Below the pieces are notes generated by a model that worked only from the letters and a program-made list of their open reading frames with translations, ran no database searches and had not been told where the DNA came from. The position numbers and the translations under genes are program-made. A stretch of 64,000 bases of DNA from Myxococcota bacterium (GTDB lineage: Bacteria; Myxococcota_A; UBA796; CAJQPC01): NCBI GenBank assembly GCA_036229005.1, contig JAZAMN010000052.1:128001-192000 (forward strand), given 5' to 3'. Within the stretch, counting starts at the first letter, position 1; each line of letters starts with the position of its first letter. Of this stretch, positions 46,362 to 58,677 are shown in pieces.

Positions 46362-47321
46362 TCACCCTGCCAGCGCCCCCCCACAGCTCGACCCCGCCCC
46401 CGCCGTACACCCCAGACAGTGCCGGGCCACCGCGATGCCCTCCCCCTGGAGTTGGGCCACGTCGTCCAGCTCGAAGAGGGTCCGGGGCCCGTTGGGGAGG
46501 GGCATCTCCAGCATCTGGTTGAAGTCGCAGTCGTAGAGGTTGCCCTGCCAGTCCACGCTGATCAGGTGTCGACACATCAGGCCGGGCAGGGTCGCGGGGT
46601 TGAAGCTGGAGCGCAACAGGTGCAGGTAGTCGTCCAGCTTGCCCTGCCGCTTGAGCTGGCGTTCAAAGCGCGCAATGGGCATGTTGGCCAGGGTCAGCAG
46701 GTCGTTGAAGACCACGCCGTGGTCACGCAGCAGGCGCAGGCTGTAGTCGGCCTGCAGGCCGGCCTGGGAGCCGGGCAGGAAGGCGCCGCCGGGGTTGTAG
46801 ACCAGGTCCAGGGCCAGGCCGCTCCCGGGCTTGCCGTAGCCCAGGCGGTTGAGGGTCCGAAGCCCGTCGATGGAGCGCTCGAAGACGCCCTTGCCGCGCT
46901 GCTTGTCGACGTTGTCCTGGGTGTAGCAGGGCAGGCTCGCCACGATCTGGACGCCATTGTCGGCCAGGAACTGTGCGAGGTCCTCCTGGCCCGGCTCCGA
47001 GAGGATGGTCAGGTTGCAGCGGTCGGTGACCTTGCGGTCCAGTGACCTCGCCGAGACGACGAGTCGCCGAAAGTGGGGGTTGAGCTCGGGAGCCCCGCCG
47101 GTGAGGTCCAGGTGCTCCAGCGCCGGGTTCTGCTCCAGCACCTCAATCACCCGGTCGATGGTGCGCGCGTCCATCATCTCGGTGCGCGCAGGCGAGGCGT
47201 CCACGTGGCAGTGGGTGCAGGCCTGGTTGCACTTGCGGCCCAGGTTGACCTGAAGCCAGGAGGGCAGCGCGCGGGTCAGCGGAGGCAGGCCGTTGGCAGT
47301 GAGGGTGGCTGAGAAAGACAT
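46362..47321 (-). CDS. arsS: Arsenosugar-biosynthesis-type radical SAM protein ArsS (DUF3641)
   Basis: LQVNLGRKCNQACTHCHV, DLTGGAPELNP, SLPCY, LMCR..ISVDWQG.LYDCDFNQML, HCLGCTAGAGSSCGGAL. Confidence 0.88.
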   Translation of the reverse strand: MSFSATLTANGLPPLTRALPSWLQVNLGRKCNQACTHCHVDASPARTEMMDARTIDRVIEVLEQNPALEHLDLTGGAPELNPHFRRLVVSARSLDRKVTDRCNLTILSEPGQEDLAQFLADNGVQIVASLPCYTQDNVDKQRGKGVFERSIDGLRTLNRLGYGKPGSGLALDLVYNPGGAFLPGSQAGLQADYSLRLLRDHGVVFNDLLTLANMPIARFERQLKRQGKLDDYLHLLRSSFNPATLPGLMCRHLISVDWQGNLYDCDFNQMLEMPLPNGPRTLFELDDVAQLQGEGIAVARHCLGCTAGAGSSCGGALAG

Positions 47322-47392
47322 CCAAGGCTCCAAAGGGGCGAGGATGCCACGGAGGGGGGCGGGTTGCGGGGGGAGGCGCGGCTGGGCGCTGC

Positions 47393-47640
47393 GCGGCCGG
47401 GGTCAGGGGCCGGGGCTCAGGAGTCAGGTATCAGGTATCAGGACGGCTCGGGAGGGCTCGGCGACAGGCGACAGGCGACAGGCGACAGGCATGACGGAGA
47501 GCCAGGTGCAGGCGGTGAGGCTCTGACCGGCAGCGCATCACGCGGGGGCGGCTTCAGCGCCGGCGCTGGGCGGCCGGGGTCAGGGGCCGGGGCTCAGGAG
47601 TCAGGATCGGGTCTCAGGAGTCAGGTATCAGGTATCGGGC
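47393..47640. repeat. Heptamer-tract repeat module, opposite orientation to the downstream array
   Basis: 36-nt direct repeat at 47393-47428 and 47570-47605, CAGGTAT tracts, (GGCGACA)4 at 47460-47487. Confidence 0.85.
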
Positions 47641-47724
47641 ATCACGCCGGGGCAGGGTCCAGCGCCGACTCTGGCCCGGGCTGGCAGCACTTGCCGCCAC
47701 CTCCGGCGCCTCCCCTGCCCCAGA

Positions 47725-48005
47725 GTAGGCTGCCACCCCCAAACCTCACCTTCCACCTACGTCATCGCCGGTTGCCGGTCGCCGGTCGCCAGTCGCCGCC
47801 CAACACCTGACCTCCGATACCTGATACCTGATACCCACCCCGCACCAACGTCGGCTGCCACGCCCAAACCACCCCTTCCTCCTGCGTCATCGCCGGTCGC
47901 CAGTCGCCGCCCGACACCTGACCTCCGATACCTGATACCCGATACCCACCCGCCCCCAACGTAGGCTGCCACCCCCAAACCGACCCTTCCTCCTACGTCA
48001 TCGCC
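47725..48005. repeat. Tandem 111-125 nt units containing (G/A)GTCGCC and C(C/T)GATAC heptamer tracts; third unit interrupted by IS110
   Basis: Unit starts at 47725, 47850 and 47961; lengths differ by two heptamers. Confidence 0.88.
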
Positions 48006-48016
48006 TATGACTGTTT

Positions 48017-48210
48017 TTGGTGGTTTTCCACCTGCACGCACAGCACCCCATCACCTACAAGTCGCCCGCCCCGTTGAGGGCTAGGACCGGACCCGGGATG
48101 GGGTGCTGCTGTGGGCAAGAGGGCCTTAGTGATGCCTTGTCCCACGACCGATGTTGACAACGGACCTGTCGGAGAACTTCATAGGCGCGCCCCACATGCC
48201 CACAGCAGCG
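48017..48210 (+). ncRNA. Predicted IS110 bridge RNA
   Basis: 5' hairpin 48019-48032; 12-bp stem 48041-52/48097-108 enclosing the target loop; 13-bp stem 48105-17/48197-209 enclosing the donor loop; guide segments match the junctions. Confidence 0.8.
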
Positions 48211-48231
48211 TGCTCCAACACAGGAGCATTC

Positions 48232-49479
48232 GTGATCTATCTGGGAATCGACTGGAGCAAGTCAGAAATCGTCGTCGCAGTCAGCCAGGGGGGCGCTAAG
48301 CCCCGGCATCTGGGCAGCTTCGACCGCAGCCGAAAGGGGGTTGAGGGGCTCGTCAGGCGCCTTCGAAAGCAGGGCGCGTGTGGAGCTGATGCCATCGTCG
48401 GCGTGATCGAAGCGGGGGCGCCAGGGTGGCAGGCGCTGCTGCATGACGCGGGCATCGAGCTCCACGTCGCAGACCCCAAGCAGGCCAAGTCCTTCGCGGC
48501 CTCGCTGGGCTCCTCGGGTGCAAAGGACGACCGCCGAGACGCCGCTGCCCTGTGCCTGATGGCCCAGAGTCCGGTGCATCGTGGGGAGCGCTGGACGCCG
48601 CACGCCGGCGTGCACGCGCAGCTGGTGGTGCTGTCCAAGGGGCACCAGACCCTCAGTGAAGAGAGCACACGCGCGCGCCAGCGCCTCCGCGCCCTCCTCC
48701 GAGAGGAGAACACGGCGGTGGAGGCGCTGATCCGAAGCCTCGACGTCCACTGGTGTCACGCGCTGCTCCAGGCCTACCCCACCGCCTGGCACCTGGCGGC
48801 AGCCACCCCGGAAGCGCTCGATGCAGTCCTGGGTGGGACGCGCTGCCCAATGGACAAGCGCGCGGCGCTTGTCCAGGTCCTCGCCGATGCCCGCAGGTCG
48901 TCCTGGCAGTCCGAGGGACTGGCCCAGGTGCAGGGGTTGGTCATCCAGCAGTTGCTCACCCAGGTCTCCCTCCTCAAGGCCCAGCTCAAGGTCCTCGACG
49001 ACCGGATCGACGCCTGCCTGCAGCAGCTCACTGAGGCACAGCACATCATGCAGATCAATGGCATCGGCCGGCAGCTGACAGCGCGGATCCTGCGCTTTCT
49101 GGGGCCTCTCGAGGGCTCTGGGCAACGGGACCACGCGTCCATCGCGCTGGGCGTTGCGCCGGTGTTCCAGGGCTCGGGGACGGACCGGATGGGTCGGCCC
49201 AAAGGGCAGGTGCGAATGCGGAAGTCAGTCGACCCGCACGCGCGCGCCACGGGCTATCTGCTGGGGCGCCTGGCGACGCAGAACCTGGACTGGGCGCGGG
49301 CCAAGTACGCGGACGCGCTGGCGCGCGGCAAGAACTCAGCGACCGCGTACCGCATCGTCGCCCGCAGCATGCTGCGCATCATCACGGCAATCCAGAAGAC
49401 AGGGCAGCCCTACGACCACGACCGCTACGTGCGGCGCTTGAAGGCCAACGGCGTGCCGTGGGCGATGGGCCTTGGGTGA
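48232..49479 (+). CDS. IS110-family DEDD transposase/recombinase
   Basis: AGGAG RBS, GTG start; YLGIDWSK, IEAG, AKDDRRDA (DEDD); INGIG and GVAPVFQGSG with the conserved Ser. Confidence 0.93.
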   Translation: MIYLGIDWSKSEIVVAVSQGGAKPRHLGSFDRSRKGVEGLVRRLRKQGACGADAIVGVIEAGAPGWQALLHDAGIELHVADPKQAKSFAASLGSSGAKDDRRDAAALCLMAQSPVHRGERWTPHAGVHAQLVVLSKGHQTLSEESTRARQRLRALLREENTAVEALIRSLDVHWCHALLQAYPTAWHLAAATPEALDAVLGGTRCPMDKRAALVQVLADARRSSWQSEGLAQVQGLVIQQLLTQVSLLKAQLKVLDDRIDACLQQLTEAQHIMQINGIGRQLTARILRFLGPLEGSGQRDHASIALGVAPVFQGSGTDRMGRPKGQVRMRKSVDPHARATGYLLGRLATQNLDWARAKYADALARGKNSATAYRIVARSMLRIITAIQKTGQPYDHDRYVRRLKANGVPWAMGLG

Positions 49480-49510
49480 GATTTGGGTGGACGAAACGGT
49501 AGTGATGTCC

Positions 49511-49597
49511 GGTCCGGTCCCCAGTCGCCGGTCTCCGGTCGCCGCTCCCCTGCAGGGCCCCACCGATACCCGATACCCGACACCCGACACCCGATAC
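49511..49597. repeat. Continuation of the heptamer array right of the IS
   Basis: GGTCCCC AGTCGCC GGTCTCC GGTCGCC then five CCGA(T/C)AC copies at 49563-49597. Confidence 0.85.
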
Positions 49598-49690
49598 CCG
49601 GGCTGCCCGACCTGAACAGCCGGTCACACACTTGTTGGGTCCGGTCCCCCGCCGAGTCGGTTAGGGCCGGAGACCCAAAGCGAGGAACGA

Positions 49691-50560
49691 ATGAACTTCC
49701 AGGACCTGATCCTGGCCCTGCAGCGCTACTGGGGCGCCCAGGGCTGCGCAGTTCTCCAGCCCCTGGACGTCGAAGTCGGCGCCGGCACCTTCCACCCGGC
49801 CACCTTCCTGCGAAGCCTCGGCCCCAAGCCCTGGCGCTGCGTCTACGTTCAGCCCTGCCGCCGTCCCGGTGATGCGCGCTACGGCGAGAACCCCAACCGG
49901 CTCGGCCACTACTACCAGCTCCAGGTGCTGATCAAGCCCAGCCCCGAGAACATCCAGGAGCTCTACCTGGGCTCGCTGGAGGCCATCGGCATCGACCTGT
50001 CCAAGCACGACGTGCGCTTCGTCCACGACGACTGGGAGAGCCCCACCCTGGGCGCCTGGGGTCTGGGCTGGGAGGTCTGGCTGGATGGCATGGAGGTCAC
50101 CCAGTACACCTACTTCCAGCAGTGCGGCGGCCACGATCTCGGCCCCATCAGCGTCGAGCTGACCTACGGCCTGGAGCGCCTGGCCATGTACCTGCAGAAG
50201 GTGGACAACATCTTCGATCTCACCTGGGTCGACGGCATCTCCTACCGGGACGTCTACCTGGAGAACGAGAAGCAGCAGTCGGCCTACAACTTCGAGCACA
50301 GCACGGTCGAGGCGTTGCTGGCGAACTTCGACTTCGCCCAGTCCGAGTGCAAGCAGCTCGCCGAGAAGGGCCTGGCTCTGCCGGCCTACGACTACGCCTG
50401 CAAGGCCTCGCACCTCTTCAACCTGCTGGACGCCCGCGGCGCCATCTCCGTCGCCGAGCGCGCCCAGTACATCAAGCGCATCCGGGATCTGGCCTGCGCG
50501 TGCGCAGACGCCTACGTCGAGACCGAGTCCGGCACCACCCCCGCGCAGCAGGAGGCCTGA
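49691..50560 (+). CDS. glyQ: Glycine--tRNA ligase alpha subunit
   Basis: [58 protein letters not shown]. Confidence 0.97.
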   Translation: MNFQDLILALQRYWGAQGCAVLQPLDVEVGAGTFHPATFLRSLGPKPWRCVYVQPCRRPGDARYGENPNRLGHYYQLQVLIKPSPENIQELYLGSLEAIGIDLSKHDVRFVHDDWESPTLGAWGLGWEVWLDGMEVTQYTYFQQCGGHDLGPISVELTYGLERLAMYLQKVDNIFDLTWVDGISYRDVYLENEKQQSAYNFEHSTVEALLANFDFAQSECKQLAEKGLALPAYDYACKASHLFNLLDARGAISVAERAQYIKRIRDLACACADAYVETESGTTPAQQEA

Positions 50561-50563
50561 GCC

Positions 50564-52597
50564 ATGGCCGAACTTCTGATCGAGTGCCTCTGCGAAGAGC
50601 TCCCCTACGGGATGATCGAGCCCGCCCTCAAGGCCCTGGACAAGGGCCTGCGTGAGCTCCTCAAGGGCGTGTCCATCGGCGCCTCCCGCTGCTACAGCAC
50701 CCCCCGCCGCCTCTGCGTGGTCATCCAGGACGTGGCCGAGGGCCGCCCCCTGACCGAGGAGCTGGTGACCGGTCCGCCGCTGGCCGCCGCCAAGCGTGAC
50801 GGGCAGTGGACCCGTGCCGCCGAGGGATTCGCCAAGGGCAAGGGCCTGACGGTGGACGACCTGCAGGTGGTCGAATCCAAGGGCCGTGAGGTCATCGCCG
50901 CGATGGTCAAGGGTGGGGGAGAGCGCAGCGTCGAGCTGGTCGCCGCCGGCCTGGACAAGCTGGTCATGGGCCTGCCCTTCAAGAAGTCCATGCGCTGGGG
51001 CGTCGGCGAGTTCCGCTGGGGCCGCCCCCTGCACGCCGTGTGCGCCATCTACGACGGGCAGCGCATCGAGACCACCGTCGCCGGCAAGCCCACCACCGAC
51101 CAGGTCGTCGGCCACCGCCGCAGCACCCTGGGCAGCTTCACCGCCACCACCGAGGCCAGCTACCTGAGCGGCCTGCGGGAGCGCTGGGTGGAGCCCGACC
51201 GCGACAGGCGCCAGGCCACCATCCGTCAGCAGCTCAATGACCTCGCTGGCACCCAGAGCGTCACGGTGTCCTGGGACCCCCGCCTGCTCGAAGAGGTGAC
51301 CGACCTCGTGGAGTGGCCCACTCCTGTCGCTGCCAACTTCGATGACAAGCTGCTGGAGCTGCCCTCCCGCCTGCTCGTCGAGTCCATGCGCGTGCACCAG
51401 CGCTACTTCCCGACCACCCGGGATGGCGCGCTCACGAGCACCTTCCTGCTGGTCTCGAACAACCCCACCGGGGACGCGCAGATCATCGCCGAGGGCAACC
51501 GCCGGGTGCTGGCCGCCCGCTTCCACGACGCCAGCTTCTTCCTGGCCGAGGACCGCAAGCTCAGCCTCCAGGAGCACGCCGCGGGGCTGGAGAAGATGAG
51601 GTGGGTGCGGAAGCTGGGGACCATGGCGGACAAGCAACTCCGCATCACCCAGCTCGCCGCGCAGATCTCTGCACTCTTCGGCGCCGACGAGGACACCGTT
51701 GCTGCGGCTGGCGCCGTCTGCAAGGCCGACCTGCTCTCCCAGATGGTCGGTGAGTTCCCCGAGCTCCAGGGCCACATGGGCCGGCTCTACGCCGAGCACC
51801 AGGGCATGCCGGAGTCCCAGGCCGTCGCCATCGAAGAGCACTACCTGCCGCGCTACTCCGGTGACGCGCTCCCCGAGACCCCCGCGGGTCGGGCCCTGGC
51901 CGTCGCGGACCGCCTGGACACCCTGCTGGGCTGCTTCTCCATCGGGCTCATCCCCAAGGGCAGCGCGGATCCTCAGGGTCTGCGCCGCGCGGCCATCGGC
52001 ACCAACGCCATCTTGGCGGCCGCCGGTCCCCAGGACCTGAGCTGGAAGGCGCTGCTGGAGCTCGCCTCCGCCGGTCGCGACATCGACGCGGAGACCCTGG
52101 GTAAGCTCCAGGGCTTCATGCAGGCCCGCTTCCGGGCGGCGCTGATCGCGGAAGGCTACGGCACCGACCTGGTGGACGCGGTCCTGGCCGCCGAGGGCGT
52201 CGAGCCCGGCCCCGCGCAGGTGCTGGCGCGCGCCAAGGCCCTCAAGGCCCTGAGCGAGGGAGGGGAGTTCGGCACGCTGCTGCAGGCCCTCCGCCGCCCC
52301 CTGAACATCGCCAAGGACCACAGCGGCTCCGCCCTGCACCTGGGGGCCTACGCGCTCCCCGTCGAGCAGTCCCTGGCCGAGGCCGCGCAGGCTCTGAGCG
52401 AGGCGGTGTCCCAGGACTCGCCCGCCGAGCTGCTCGCGCGCATGGTGGCCCTCAAGCCGCAGATCGACGCCTACTTCGACGAGGTGATGGTCATGGCCGA
52501 CGACCCCGCGGTGCGGGCGCAGCGGCTGGACCTGATGCGCTTCATCGCCGGTGTGTTTTTGACTTTGGCGGACTTCCGCCTCATCTCCACGGAGTGA
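50564..52597 (+). CDS. glyS: Glycine--tRNA ligase beta subunit
   Basis: EELP, TPRRL, KSMRWG, LVEWP, KADL..QMVGEFPELQG, EHYLPR, GSADP.GLRRAA. Confidence 0.95.
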   Translation: MAELLIECLCEELPYGMIEPALKALDKGLRELLKGVSIGASRCYSTPRRLCVVIQDVAEGRPLTEELVTGPPLAAAKRDGQWTRAAEGFAKGKGLTVDDLQVVESKGREVIAAMVKGGGERSVELVAAGLDKLVMGLPFKKSMRWGVGEFRWGRPLHAVCAIYDGQRIETTVAGKPTTDQVVGHRRSTLGSFTATTEASYLSGLRERWVEPDRDRRQATIRQQLNDLAGTQSVTVSWDPRLLEEVTDLVEWPTPVAANFDDKLLELPSRLLVESMRVHQRYFPTTRDGALTSTFLLVSNNPTGDAQIIAEGNRRVLAARFHDASFFLAEDRKLSLQEHAAGLEKMRWVRKLGTMADKQLRITQLAAQISALFGADEDTVAAAGAVCKADLLSQMVGEFPELQGHMGRLYAEHQGMPESQAVAIEEHYLPRYSGDALPETPAGRALAVADRLDTLLGCFSIGLIPKGSADPQGLRRAAIGTNAILAAAGPQDLSWKALLELASAGRDIDAETLGKLQGFMQARFRAALIAEGYGTDLVDAVLAAEGVEPGPAQVLARAKALKALSEGGEFGTLLQALRRPLNIAKDHSGSALHLGAYALPVEQSLAEAAQALSEAVSQDSPAELLARMVALKPQIDAYFDEVMVMADDPAVRAQRLDLMRFIAGVFLTLADFRLISTE

Positions 52598-52601
52598 TCC
52601 C

Positions 52602-55241
<2,640 letters not shown>

Positions 55242-55308
55242 GAATAGGCTAAGGGGGTGGTCCGAACACCCCTGGGGTGTCCTCGGACACCCGCGTGTGG
55301 AGACCTTC

Positions 55309-58300
55309 GTGCTGCTGTTGAGCCTGACCCTGGGCTGCCTGGTCCAAGACGGCGCGCCCTATGTTGGCGCGTGCGCCGAGTACCCCGGGACCCGCTACGA
55401 CTACGGTCAGATCGGCATCGGGGACTGCCTGGCAGGCCCCATCAGCCTGCACTGGGTGGACGAGGACACGCTCCTCGTCACCAACGCGAACCCCTTCCGG
55501 GACTTCGTGGGGGGCTCGGTGATCACGGTGGATGTCGCCGCCTGGAGGCAGGACGCAGCCAAGCGACCCGACGGCCGCGTGGCCATCGTCCCGGACGTCC
55601 ACGTGCCCTACAGCGTCGGCGTGAGCACCTTCTCCGATGACGGCGTCAGCGACGAGAGCATGCCCGGGGAGTCCCTGCTCATCCCGGACAGCGACCTGCT
55701 GCTGGTCCCAAACCGCTACTCCCCGGACGCCCGCAACCGCGTCTGGTTCGACCGGGTCAACTTCTACTTTGTGGAGGAGTCCGGCCAGGTCTACGAGGTG
55801 GGCGCGGCGGACGGCGAGCGCAGTCTGGAGCTGATGTCCGACCCGGTCACCAGCACCTACGACGCCGAGAACGAGCAGGTCTACATCGGCAACATCACCT
55901 CGCACACGGTCAGCGTGCTGTCGGTGGCCGACGGCCAGGTCAGCCTGGTGGATGGGAGCCCGGTGGCGAGCCTCTCCAGTCCCGCGATCCGCGACCTGGA
56001 TGGCAGCGGCAGCGAGATGGAGTTGAGCATCTCGGAGATCGTCGACTCTGAAGATGTCCTGACGGAGACCTGGACCCTGACCTACGTCGAGGGGACCGAC
56101 CGCATCTGGGAGGCCACCGCCGACGGCCTGCTGCGTCACGAGAGCGTGGGGCAGGAGCAGTGGGTGACCGCCACCACCGTCGACCTGCCCGTCACCGATC
56201 TCGTCCTCTCCGACCCGACCTACACCATCGGCGCCGATGGCAGCTACCTGGGCATGGTCGTGGTCCAAGGGGGCATCTACAACGCGGTGCCCTCGGCTGA
56301 CAGCGCGGAGACCTGGGGCCTGCTCAGCGCGGCCGCCCTCAGCCCACGATCGGACAACTGGGACGCCGTGCTCGGGGGCCCCCACCACCTGATCTCCTCC
56401 AGCACGGACCACCTCTTCTTCGACGGCTGGAACGAGGCCACCGGGGAGTCCGGCATCGGGCTCGCCACCAGCAGCGACAGCCGGGTCTACACCCGGGAGA
56501 CCAGCGGCCCGCTCTTGTTGGCCGGCAGCGCCGGGGGTGACCACGACAGCGTCCGTATCGCCGATCCCTTCGTCGTCTACGACGCCCAGGCCGACCGCTG
56601 GCGCATGTACTACTCCGCGTTCGACGGGGAGCACTGGAGCATCGGCCACGCGGTCAGCAGCGACCTGCGCAGCTGGCAGCCCGACGCCGAGCCCGTGTTC
56701 GACACCACCACGGGCGCCGCGGCCCCCATCCTGCGCGTAGACGGCTCCGGCTTCCGGATGTGGACCTCCCGCCCCACCGATACCGGCTGGGAGCTGGGCG
56801 TCGCCTGGTCACTGGACGGCAGCGACTGGGAGGACCTCGGCGCCGTCCTGGAGCTGGAATCCACCGACAGCGAGCCCCCGGGCGTGAGCCTGCAGCGCCT
56901 GAGCACGCTGGGCTGGAGCGTCTGGGGCAACGACAGCGGCGGCCAGGAGCTCACGCTGCTCAGCGGGGACCTGTCCGAGTTCGGCGGCCTCTACGTGATG
57001 CCCTCCCACGGCTTCTCCCACGGCCTCAGCGCCAGCGAAGATGCGGAGACCGGCGTCCAGGCCTGGAGTCTGCTCTCCGACGGCACCCTGCTCCTGGCCC
57101 TGACCGATGGGGAAGGGGAGCGCAGCATCGCCTGGGGAGGGGCGGGTGGGCATGTCTCCCGGCCCGTCTTCACCGCCTCGGACTCCGAGCTGGCCACCAC
57201 GGGTGTGCACAGCCCGACCGCATACGAGGTCAACGGGGCCCTCTACATGCTCTACGCAGCCACCGATGATGACGGCCTGGACCGCATCGGCCGCGCCACC
57301 AGCACCGACGGCGGCAAGAGCTGGACCGACCTGGGCCTGGCCCTGGACCTGGGTGAAGACTGGGACAGCGTGCGCGTGTTCCCTGGCTCCGTGGTCGGGG
57401 ACGAGACCGAGCTGACCCTCTACTACACCGGCTTCAACGGCACCCAGAGCCGCCTGGGCCTGGCCACGTCCACCGACGGCGGCGAGACCTGGCTGCGCAG
57501 CGAGCCCGACGAGCCCTGGCTCTACCAGGGCGGCACCCCGGGCAGCTTCGACGACTCCGCCGTGCGCAACCCCTTCGTGCTGCGCCAGGACGGCGTCGAC
57601 CACATCTGGTACGGCGGCTTCGACGGCGAGCTCTGGCGCCTGGGCTACGCCACCCGCAGCGTCGGCAGCCTGGAGTGGGTGCAGCCCGCGGACCGCGACG
57701 GCGAGCCCAAGTGGGCCCACGTCGGCATGCCCTCGACCTTCGCGTCCGAGAGCGTGGATCGGGTGGTGCTCCAGCAGCTCAGCGACGGCAGCTACCAGGG
57801 CTACGTCAGCGGCTGGGACGCGCCCGAGGCCTACGAGCGGGTGGGCCGCGTGTTCGGCACCTCGCCGGAGACCCTCTACCCGGACCTGGGCATGCCCACC
57901 GCTGGCGACCAGATGGTCCTCTACACCCACCGCGGCGACGACAGCGACAGCATGGCCATCGACCTGGAGCTGGACGTCGGCGGCGCCACGTTCAGCGGGC
58001 AGGCGACCGCGGCGCTGCGGGTGGACCACGAGCGCGGCTTCCTCTACGTCGCCTCCGAGGTCCAGAACGCCATCTACGTCATCGACATCCGCGATGACAG
58101 CGACGGGCTCTTCGACGACAGCAACGTCTTCGACGTCGAGGCCGTGCTGATCAACAACAACAACACCGGCGCCTACAAGAGCCGCGACATCCTCGCCCCC
58201 CAGGGCAGCGACTGGATCTACGCGCTCAACGCCACCCCGGATGCGCTGGTGGTCTACGACGCCACCCAGATCGTCGACGACGGCGACACCGAGCTCGTGT

Positions 58301-58677
58301 TCGACGCCCCCATCGGCGTGCTCCCGCTCCCCCGCGCGAGCACCACCGTGGACAACGGCGTGCAGACCACCGTCGAGGTCGGCCCGGGCCGCATGGTCCA
58401 GGTCGGCGAGCTGCTGGTGGTGTCCAACTTCAACGAGAACAGCCTCAGCGTCATCGATCCCCGCCTGGGCACCTTCGGCCAGGTCATCGGGGACGTCGAG
58501 AACATCGGCGAGAACCCCTTCGCCATGGCGCTCTCCCCGGACGGCACCACCCTCGCCGTCGCGAACTACGTCGGCGAGATCCTGGACCAGCACGTCAACC
58601 CCAGCGTCGTGCTGGTCGACATGGACCCGGACAGCGAGACCTTCATGCAGCCCGTGGCCACCCTGGTGAACGAATGA
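55309..58677 (+). CDS. Large beta-propeller lipoprotein with two internal GH43/32/130-like five-bladed propeller modules
   Basis: GGAG RBS then GTG giving MLLLSLTLGC; repeated DP.V...W.MYYS...IG.A.S.D...W blades; YncE-like N- and C-terminal blades. Confidence 0.75.
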   Translation: MLLLSLTLGCLVQDGAPYVGACAEYPGTRYDYGQIGIGDCLAGPISLHWVDEDTLLVTNANPFRDFVGGSVITVDVAAWRQDAAKRPDGRVAIVPDVHVPYSVGVSTFSDDGVSDESMPGESLLIPDSDLLLVPNRYSPDARNRVWFDRVNFYFVEESGQVYEVGAADGERSLELMSDPVTSTYDAENEQVYIGNITSHTVSVLSVADGQVSLVDGSPVASLSSPAIRDLDGSGSEMELSISEIVDSEDVLTETWTLTYVEGTDRIWEATADGLLRHESVGQEQWVTATTVDLPVTDLVLSDPTYTIGADGSYLGMVVVQGGIYNAVPSADSAETWGLLSAAALSPRSDNWDAVLGGPHHLISSSTDHLFFDGWNEATGESGIGLATSSDSRVYTRETSGPLLLAGSAGGDHDSVRIADPFVVYDAQADRWRMYYSAFDGEHWSIGHAVSSDLRSWQPDAEPVFDTTTGAAAPILRVDGSGFRMWTSRPTDTGWELGVAWSLDGSDWEDLGAVLELESTDSEPPGVSLQRLSTLGWSVWGNDSGGQELTLLSGDLSEFGGLYVMPSHGFSHGLSASEDAETGVQAWSLLSDGTLLLALTDGEGERSIAWGGAGGHVSRPVFTASDSELATTGVHSPTAYEVNGALYMLYAATDDDGLDRIGRATSTDGGKSWTDLGLALDLGEDWDSVRVFPGSVVGDETELTLYYTGFNGTQSRLGLATSTDGGETWLRSEPDEPWLYQGGTPGSFDDSAVRNPFVLRQDGVDHIWYGGFDGELWRLGYATRSVGSLEWVQPADRDGEPKWAHVGMPSTFASESVDRVVLQQLSDGSYQGYVSGWDAPEAYERVGRVFGTSPETLYPDLGMPTAGDQMVLYTHRGDDSDSMAIDLELDVGGATFSGQATAALRVDHERGFLYVASEVQNAIYVIDIRDDSDGLFDDSNVFDVEAVLINNNNTGAYKSRDILAPQGSDWIYALNATPDALVVYDATQIVDDGDTELVFDAPIGVLPLPRASTTVDNGVQTTVEVGPGRMVQVGELLVVSNFNENSLSVIDPRLGTFGQVIGDVENIGENPFAMALSPDGTTLAVANYVGEILDQHVNPSVVLVDMDPDSETFMQPVATLVNE

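Larger units (their letters stand above)
48006..49510 (+). mobile_element. IS110-family insertion sequence (left non-coding end type), CC core
   Basis: DEDD recombinase gene; CC at 48004-05 and 49509-10; subterminal IR ACTGTTT/AAACGGT; host repeat resumes after 49510 (alternative right end 49515). Confidence 0.88.

Noticed and set aside
46362..46400. Selenocysteine readthrough in ArsS
   Set aside because: The C-terminal motif is encoded as GSSCGG with a Cys codon; no in-frame TGA
47725..48005. Possible CRISPR array or coding repeat
   Set aside because: Whole units repeat with no variable spacers; overlapping ORFs are low-complexity heptamer translations
48151..48231. Longer transposase start at 48151 from the ORF track
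   Set aside because: It falls inside the predicted bridge RNA; GTG 48232 has an AGGAG RBS and sits directly before the conserved YLGID strand
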